This document shows positions 11,555 through 64,000 of a stretch of 64,000 nt of DNA, in pieces; the first letter of the stretch is position 1; each line of letters starts with the position of its first letter. Made by a program: the position numbers and the translations under genes. Location: NCBI GenBank assembly GCA_963693365.1, contig CAVNZM010000006.1, positions 310,001 through 374,000 of the forward strand, given 5' to 3'. Source of the stretch: Amoebidium appalachense (lineage: Eukaryota > Protista > Ichthyosporea). A model generated the notes under the pieces. That model made no database searches, had not been told where the DNA came from, and worked only from the letters and a program-made list of their open reading frames with translations.

Positions 11555-12261
11555 GGGGGGGAAGGGGGGGAGAGGGGGGGGAGGGGGGGGGGGCGGGGGG
11601 GGGGGGCGGGGGAGAGAGGATGGAGAGAGAGAGGGGGAGGGAGGGGGGGATGTGTTCCGTATTTATGCCTTGTCTAGACGCAAACCACCAAGATTTTATT
11701 GTCCACTATCTATACAAGATGAAGAAGAACGGTAATTTTTTTTTAAACATCTAATAAAAGTCGGCTTTAGCAGCCGAAGATTTCCCGTTATAGGTGATAA
11801 AAATTTAAGATTAAGTAGTTCATGCAACCAGAAATATAAGAATTCTGCATGTTGACATACAGGCCAAATGCGGGGCCATGATACAATATTCTAAGCCTAA
11901 TCAGCATTCAAACGCCAGCTGCAAGGATCTATGCTAAGAGCTATTAGATTCATTCTTACCACAGTCCCTAAAAGCATGCATTCGGACAATCAATTTCATA
12001 AGATTAATGTTGCAGTCGTGGCTTTGCCTTTCTCCCTCTCTCCGTGTGTGCAAGGATTGCATACATGCACTATGGTGATGGTTTGCATCAATATTTGGGC
12101 GCGCATGTATAACCTCATGGTGCGTGCATGTATGCCCAAGATCTAGGCTCATATGCGTAATAACATGTGTGAAAAATCTATGCACATGTAACGTGACTAT
12201 GCACACCACTGAATGCACGTGTGTGTGACAGATGTGTGAAACTTTGTGGAATTATTGCACA

Positions 12262-24066
<11,805 letters not shown>

Positions 24067-25420
24067 GCTGGCTGCTACGGGCCTAAAGACGGCCGGCAGG
24101 GCAGTTGCGTGTTGGCTGGTGGGTGTGGTTGAACATCGCCAGGTGACGTGCGTGTGTGTACGTGCCTGCAGGGGGTTGTGTACGTCAGCTTTGAGGTATT
24201 TGAGGCTTTGCCACGTGCAGCACAACAACTTATGTCTGCCTGCTTGTTTGGTGTGCCTGTGTGGGTAGGTGGCCCCACATGGGTTGTGGTTTGCTTGCGT
24301 GTGCCACAGCTTATCAATCTAAAGGTCGGGTCGCTGCGTTCACCTTCGTGTGAGTTTGTGTGCCTGCGACGCTGGATTAGTAGTGGCATGTGCGTTCCGT
24401 ATGTGCATGCCTATGCTCAGGTTGTCCACGTATATCCGCGTCCATACGTGTTTTTAAGTATGTGCGTGTCTACATGCGTGTGCACGTGACGCCACGTGCA
24501 CACGTAACTTTACATTTATGGGTCACAGTAATGTGCTTTCGTGCTTATCACTGGCAGTCGTGTGCAAGCGTGCCGTGTCGTGCTTGGCTTGCATGCACGT
24601 GGTTTTGATTTGAATCCCTGCTTGCGTATAGTATCATTGGTGCGTATGTACGTTCCATGCTTGTGCGTGCATGCATGTTATGTGCACGGCAAAGGTGTGC
24701 GTACCTGTTGACGTGTAGGTGGGTGGGTATCACATATGTTGATACCTGAGTGTCTGATTTCTATATGACAAAAGCTTCATCTGCGTGTATTCTGTGTATC
24801 TTTGAACCAGTTGTCACCATTAGAACCTGGTGTTCTTGTAGTGTGTCCTTTGTGCACTCTGATGTGTCGCCATATGCCCTTACTCCCTGTAATTAGTTTA
24901 AAGCCTCGCCCACAGTACTATTGTACAACCTCTCAAATGTTTCTCTGCATATATTACAATGTTGTAACCCTATAATGGTGTAAACCTATAATGGTGTAAC
25001 GCTAACCCTATTACGCACAGCTGACACGTTGCTTCTAGTGGCTTGCCTACGTTGGAATGCCTATGAATTCTTTGTGGTGCGCAAAGGTGCGTTATGATTG
25101 GTTAGCGGGGGTCAAATAGTCCCCCACAACCTTGATTCTGAAGCGGTCTTCTAATTTTTCGGTGTCTCGGAAAAGGAAAGGAAACTTCGTTACAAATGCA
25201 GGACTTCAACTTAAGCTAAGTCTGCGTAACATAATTCAAAATACCAAGTTATTATAACTCCGGAAGCAGGGTATTATTAGATTCAAGACGCTAAGTTTGT
25301 TACATAAACCGAAGTTTTATCCCCGGTCTTGAAAAATGAAATTTCGTTCTACTTCAAACAGAAAAAGACCCCACCACTCACAAACTTTTTGGAGGTGACA
25401 CGTCAGCTGCGGCCGGCAGA

Positions 25421-25461
25421 GTGGCAGCACGGCCCTCTGAAAAAGAGGGCCGTGGTGGCAG
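25421..25461. mobile_element. P-element-type excision footprint
   Basis: GTGGCAG + CACGGCCCTCTGAAAAAGAGGGCCGTG + GTGGCAG: a 7-bp direct repeat around two fused TIR stubs that match the P TIR start at 10/11 nt. Confidence 0.75.
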
Positions 25462-25876
25462 TCACGGAGCCTCACTTTTACACGGTCGGAGAAAACTAAC
25501 TCTATTTGAGGCAAAGCACAGCCTCGCTGCAGGGATGTGCCTGGGGCTGCAACTAGAACGACCGCTCAGTTAATTATAAAACACAGGCCCTTAATTATGG
25601 GCACATTTTTTCGTAGTAAATTATTTGTACAATGGCATCGACTGGGGGCTAGACCCAGGCCTTTATAAACTCGAGACGTAACCTTTTGACACATTTCACA
25701 GCCTGTGAGGGACCAGCACTTTTTCATGCGGCCATATTGTGCCCCTCTGCCAAGCAAAAAGGATTCTAATTAATTAATGTTTTAAGTAATAGTGCCAAGC
25801 AAGCACATCAACTAATGCCTGGCTACCAACCTCTCTATGTTGGCTCTCTGACTGAGGTTTGAGCAGCTATTAGAGT

Positions 25877-35539
<9,663 letters not shown>

Positions 35540-36321
35540 CGCAAACACGTGGGAAGGAAAACACGTGTGCACGTGGAACGGAAAACACGTGTGCAGGGGT
35601 GGGGAGGCAAACACGTGGAGGCACAGAGGCTGTTTCAGGTGTTTCTATAGCTACATAGCACCAGGCAAAGATGATGCATATGTGATGAGGTTATTTTCAC
35701 GAATGTGTTGACGCGCATGTATGGAGTTAGTGTTATGTATCAAGGGCATTGGGGCCCATTTTATTTCCGTATTATGGTTGAATATACTGGTGACTATAAG
35801 TAGAATAGATGGTGACTTATATGGGCCCCACATTAGTATGAAGGACGCAAGATGGTTTCAGTAGTAGATTTAGTCATTCGTACCATGGGCACAGCCTCGG
35901 TCCTACGTGCAATTACATATATAATGTACAATTATGTTGTGGCATATAGTCCGAATACGAAGGCATGCTGCAATATAAATTGATAAATGCATATTAATTC
36001 GTATCGAATTAGGAGTACCAGGAACAGTATTAGGAGACAATCATATGTTCTTATATCCTGACGAAAGCTTCAAATAAGAGTAGAGAAGAGTCAAACAACT
36101 CCCTGGGATTACCCTACCGCTAGTCCCATAAACGTGATGAGAAGGATACACCGATGCAGTTGCTTCGGTAACAAAACTCCACCTTAAGTTTATGAGTCAC
36201 CGGGACCCAGCCCTTCACCCCTCCCCCCAATCCATCGCGTCTCAGTGTTTATCTGTGCATTGATACTTTTTCTTTTTCCTTCATCCATCCTCCCCTGTCC
36301 CGTGTGTCTGCTCTGGCGCTG

Positions 36322-60308
<23,987 letters not shown>

Positions 60309-61913
60309 GGCTGCACGCGCCACAGCCTGCAGCCTGGCTGCACCTTGTTAGGTGCGTAACAAGTGTGGATCAGACACCTAGGGGCTGTCGGTTGTGTGCT
60401 GCAGATTCTGCAAGAGCCCTACTGGCCTGCCGTGGGCAGAAATTCGGACTAATAGAGACTAGCTAGCTGTAAGTAGATTCGTAGTGGCTGTATTGTGCAC
60501 ATGGAATGCTCCGTATTCTCGCTATAGTTACTTGTTGCCTTAGGCGGACCGCCCCCTGGGAACGTGTCACAACCTTCGAAGTTATAAGTTATAACCTTTG
60601 TCTTTTGAAGTGCTAAACGAAGAAACGAAGACCTTATCGGCTCTATTCATCAACGGGGATCTGAGTGCAACCAATGAACGCGAAGCATGAATCTATTGAA
60701 GATCTATGCGGCCGGTTATCTTCGAGGAATATTCACTTTCACTTCGATCTCTTAACTGTCACGTCAACTTTTTTTCCCCGTTCTTCACCATGGCAGGTAT
60801 ATAAAGGCTTTCGTTTCTTCTTTTTGTGGTGGGAGGGAGTCCCACTCAGGGGAATGTGACTGCAGCGTGTGTGTGGTGTGGCCTGGTGTATTCCTACTGC
60901 TGTGAGAGTGTGGGGGCATCTCCCTTTCGCGGAGTTTCTCGCTTGAGAAGTGGTTTCTTCAACGCCTGGTGGTCCACTGCAACCTATGGTAACTTCTACA
61001 CGCTGTCTACGCTTCTACGCGACCTATTGGCGGTGGGCTGCTGCAACTTCTTCAGCTAAATCTGCGCTGCGTGAGTGGAGGGGCGGCTACTTGGTCGTCG
61101 GGGAGCTTTCCAAGTGACTGCCAGTCCTTAGCCTCCAGTCGTATGGCAATGACCGGGTTTGCTTGCATGCATTCTGTAATTGTGTTTTTCTGTGTGTCCT
61201 GCCACAACTAGGCCACCTTATCAGAGAGCTAGATGCAGTTTCTCCGGGTTATCTAGGGGCCGGGCCCGTTGGGATTGTTTTTTAACTCAGATTTGGTCTG
61301 CATTGCTCTTTTAGAGGCTGACTTGCTTGCTGTGCCTCGATAGGTTTTGAGAGGGGCCTGTTGGGAAGGAGCAGTAATGATGTCTTCTTGCAGAGTGTGG
61401 TCTGGTCAACATCGATGCATATGACTAGTTGGAGCAAACTAGTTTCACGCATACACGTACACTTACGGTTTTGCCCGCTGGTGTCCTTTGTCACTTGTCG
61501 CTTTATTTTTATTTCGTAGCTTTGGCTTTTTCAGTTCTATTGGTGGTTATGTAGCCTGTGGCTGCACGTTGCCTTCATCAACGGATCAATAAACCCGAGT
61601 CAAAAGAAAAAAATATATTCACTCGTATGATGATAATGTATCTCATGTGCTCGGATACTTTTCCTATCTGAGGCCCAGATATTGAGACATCTCACGGGGG
61701 AGATATTTTAGGGGAGATATATCAACCCAACAACACAGGACGACACATTTCCATTACAAATTTAAATTATTCTAAACTATCTCCGGCGTGACATCCTTTT
61801 TTCTCCTGCGATGTTGAGACGCCGTTTCGTGCACGTGGATATGTCAATTTAATGCAGATTCCAAACAGGTGAGATATTTTTGTGATGGGCCGGGTGTGTT
61901 TGCACGTGCACGT

Positions 61914-61958
<45 letters not shown>

Positions 61959-62032
61959 ACAGTGTGATTGCGTTTTTTTTTTTTTTTTTTTTTTTTTTGT
62001 GGTGGTGGTGGTGGCGGGGGGGGGGGGGGGGA

Positions 62033-62077
<45 letters not shown>

Positions 62078-62256
62078 ATACCGAGTTGGTGGTGTAGCAC
62101 CTAACCACATGATTGTTAGGGTGAGAGAAGAGGGGAGAGAAAAATGGGACATTTTACAACTCGCACACAGAACCTGTAATTACACAGAATGTGTTACAGT
62201 ATGGTTGGGATGGCCAGTTTGTGTGTGCGTGAGTGTGCTTGAATGCGTGTGTGTGT

Positions 62257-62307
<51 letters not shown>

Positions 62308-62556
62308 GGTCACAACGTGTGTTAAATTTCCGCGTGGGATGGGAATTCTGAATGCATACGTATACATGTGCAACACAAAGAGGGGCCGGGGGGGGGGGGG
62401 GGGAGAGGGGGGGAGGGGGGAGGGGGGGGGGGGGGGGGATGATGTGTGTTTTTTTTGGGGGGGGGGGGAGGGGGGGCGAGGGGGGGAGGGGGGAGGGGGG
62501 AGGGGGGGGGGGGGGAGGGCGGAGAGGGGGGGGGGGGGGGGGGGGGGGGGAGGGGG

Positions 62557-63220
62557 TTTGAATGCGTCAAAAAGTACGAAGTACACAAGAACAAACGGAT
62601 AACACGATGCAGAATGCAAGCCATACATAAAGAGTATGCATAATAAGCAGAGCCCATCCTCAGGGGGGGCCCACGTCATCCACAGTACCCGAGTTTCGAC
62701 CTATTCCCCTCGTTAACGAAACCCAACTCAGATACTGTTTCACTTGAACATGGGTAGGTCACCCGTCTTGACCAGAGACGAGCAGGGTTGCTTATGCAGG
62801 CAAGGGCAGTGGGAAAGGCCGGGGGTTAAAGTTGCAGCAGTAAGCAGAAGCAAGAAAAATAGAGATAGGAACTCAGGAGACGGGGCTTCTAGGAAGCTCC
62901 CCCGTCGATACCTAAGTCGATACTTCCCTGGCTAACATACTACACCAGCTGAAAAGAATTAAGTCCCGAAGGCCGCAGAATTCGCAATCAGAGGGGAAAA
63001 TATGAGATTTGACCCACGCCGCAGGGTAGTAACACGCTTACTAGGGCGGAACTTTATCGTCTTCGAACGGAAAGCTATGCCCCCGGATGTCAGCCGGAAA
63101 TATGGTATCACCCATTGCTTTGGGCTTGAAAAAAGCCAAACCGATAGTCCGAGTTATGTTACGCCGGCGGGTAACATGCCGCATGGGTTCCAAGAGAGCT
63201 GTCGCCAACAGAGCGGTGTG
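62557..63220 (-). mobile_element. Longest Penelope-like retroelement copy (subfamily A) with ORF C-terminus
   Basis: Minus-strand frame 63220-63041 HTALLATALLEPMRHVTRRRNITRTIGLAFFKPKAMGDTIFPADIRGHSFPFEDDKVPP* resembles the post-thumb motif of PLE RTs (..AY.RP.NL.D.L). About 480 nt of 3' UTR follow, ending GCATTCAAA(C)n. Confidence 0.65.
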
Positions 63221-63315
63221 GGGGGGGGGGGGGGGGGGGGGGGGGGGAGGTCACAACGTGTGTTATTTCGGCGTGGGATGGGAATTCTGAATGCATACGT
63301 ATACATGTGCAACAC

Positions 63316-63371
<56 letters not shown>

Positions 63372-63635
63372 GGGGGAGGGGGGGGGGGGGGGGGGGGGGG
63401 GGATGATGTGTGTGTTTTTTTTTGTTTTTTTTTTGGGGGGGGGGGGGGGGGGAGGGGGGGGAGGGGGGGAGGGGGGAGGGGGGGGGGGGGGGGGGGCCGT
63501 TTGCAGGACATATGTTGGTACTTCACCAAGTTCAATGGTTGAAAATACGGTTTCAACACAGTTGCCGTTTCATTGAACACTCTCGAAATTTTAATCTCAT
63601 TACATACGATGTCAAAAGTGGCCGGATCAACCGGG

Positions 63636-64000
63636 CTATGAATCCCAGAATGACTGTGTCGGACCTTGTTGCTGCTGGGCCGTTGTGTTCTGTGGCTGCA
63701 CGGTGGTCTGTGTGGGCTGGGTGGCAGGCATGGCCACCATAGCGCCCAAGCCCATCGGGTACTGGGGCATGGGGGCTGTAGGCAATGCAGGCACGTTGGC
63801 CATGGTGGTCAGGGCCTCCTTCTTAACCCGCACTATGGCATCGGGGGCCAGGCGGGTCCACCAGCCAATGATGTCACCCATGTCGCTATCTGGGGGCCGC
63901 AGGAACAGCATGGCGCTGATGGGCACATCGGCCTTGCGGTAGTGGCGGCACTCAGCATCCTCGCCCACATAGGGCACCGTGGGGGGCATGGCCATGGCTG
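63636..64000 (-). CDS. 3'-terminal exon of an unknown gene (partial)
   Basis: GC3-rich, non-repetitive frame open to the window edge, ending ...QQQQGPTQSFWDS*. Confidence 0.6.
   Translation of the reverse strand, partial: AMAMPPTVPYVGEDAECRHYRKADVPISAMLFLRPPDSDMGDIIGWWTRLAPDAIVRVKKEALTTMANVPALPTAPMPQYPMGLGAMVAMPATQPTQTTVQPQNTTAQQQQGPTQSFWDS

Noticed and set aside
25515-25560. Helitron 3' end (hairpin + CTAG)
   Set aside because: Weak hairpin, CTAG not followed by T, and no 5' TC end identified.
60880-61500. Possible gene or gag remnant upstream of the CM1 gene
   Set aside because: The frames examined are interrupted and no motif is recognisable.
62637-62797. Hammerhead or HDV-like ribozyme in the retroelement (CTGAGGA and GAAAC are present)
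   Set aside because: The stems do not place CUGANGA and GAAA around a common stem II, and the HDV P3/P4 order does not fit.
63545-63582. SECIS-like hairpin in a 3' UTR
   Set aside because: The AUGA/GA core and apical AA spacing do not fit, and no in-frame UGA is seen.

Overview
Eukaryotic, intron-rich DNA. Introns are GT-AG with CTRAC-like branch points and are filled with (CA)n/(GT)n, (GA)n and poly-G/poly-C, so most entries in the ORF track are microsatellite artefacts. Splicing by eye gives these genes: a CDK1/2-like kinase with a PTTALRE helix (minus, runs off the left edge) with an E2F + CCAAT promoter; an intronless DUF1294 membrane protein; a receptor tyrosine kinase with a GGA/FxxN beta-helix ectodomain (minus); a frame-consistent 12-exon bHLH-PAS-A-PAS-B/PAC transcription factor (plus); a long centrosomin-motif (CM1) coiled-coil gene (minus); and the 3' end of an unknown gene. 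The gene set points to a holozoan, probably unicellular (inference). Mobile DNA comprises an internally deleted 2.6-kb P-superfamily element with a THAP ORF, a P-type excision footprint, a 320-bp MITE, and about 11 truncated copies of a poly-C-targeting Penelope-like (Naiad/Chlamys-type) retroelement. Best candidates for novelty: the bHLH-PAS gene, and a covarying pseudoknotted RNA domain in the retroelement 3' end that is not a hammerhead.
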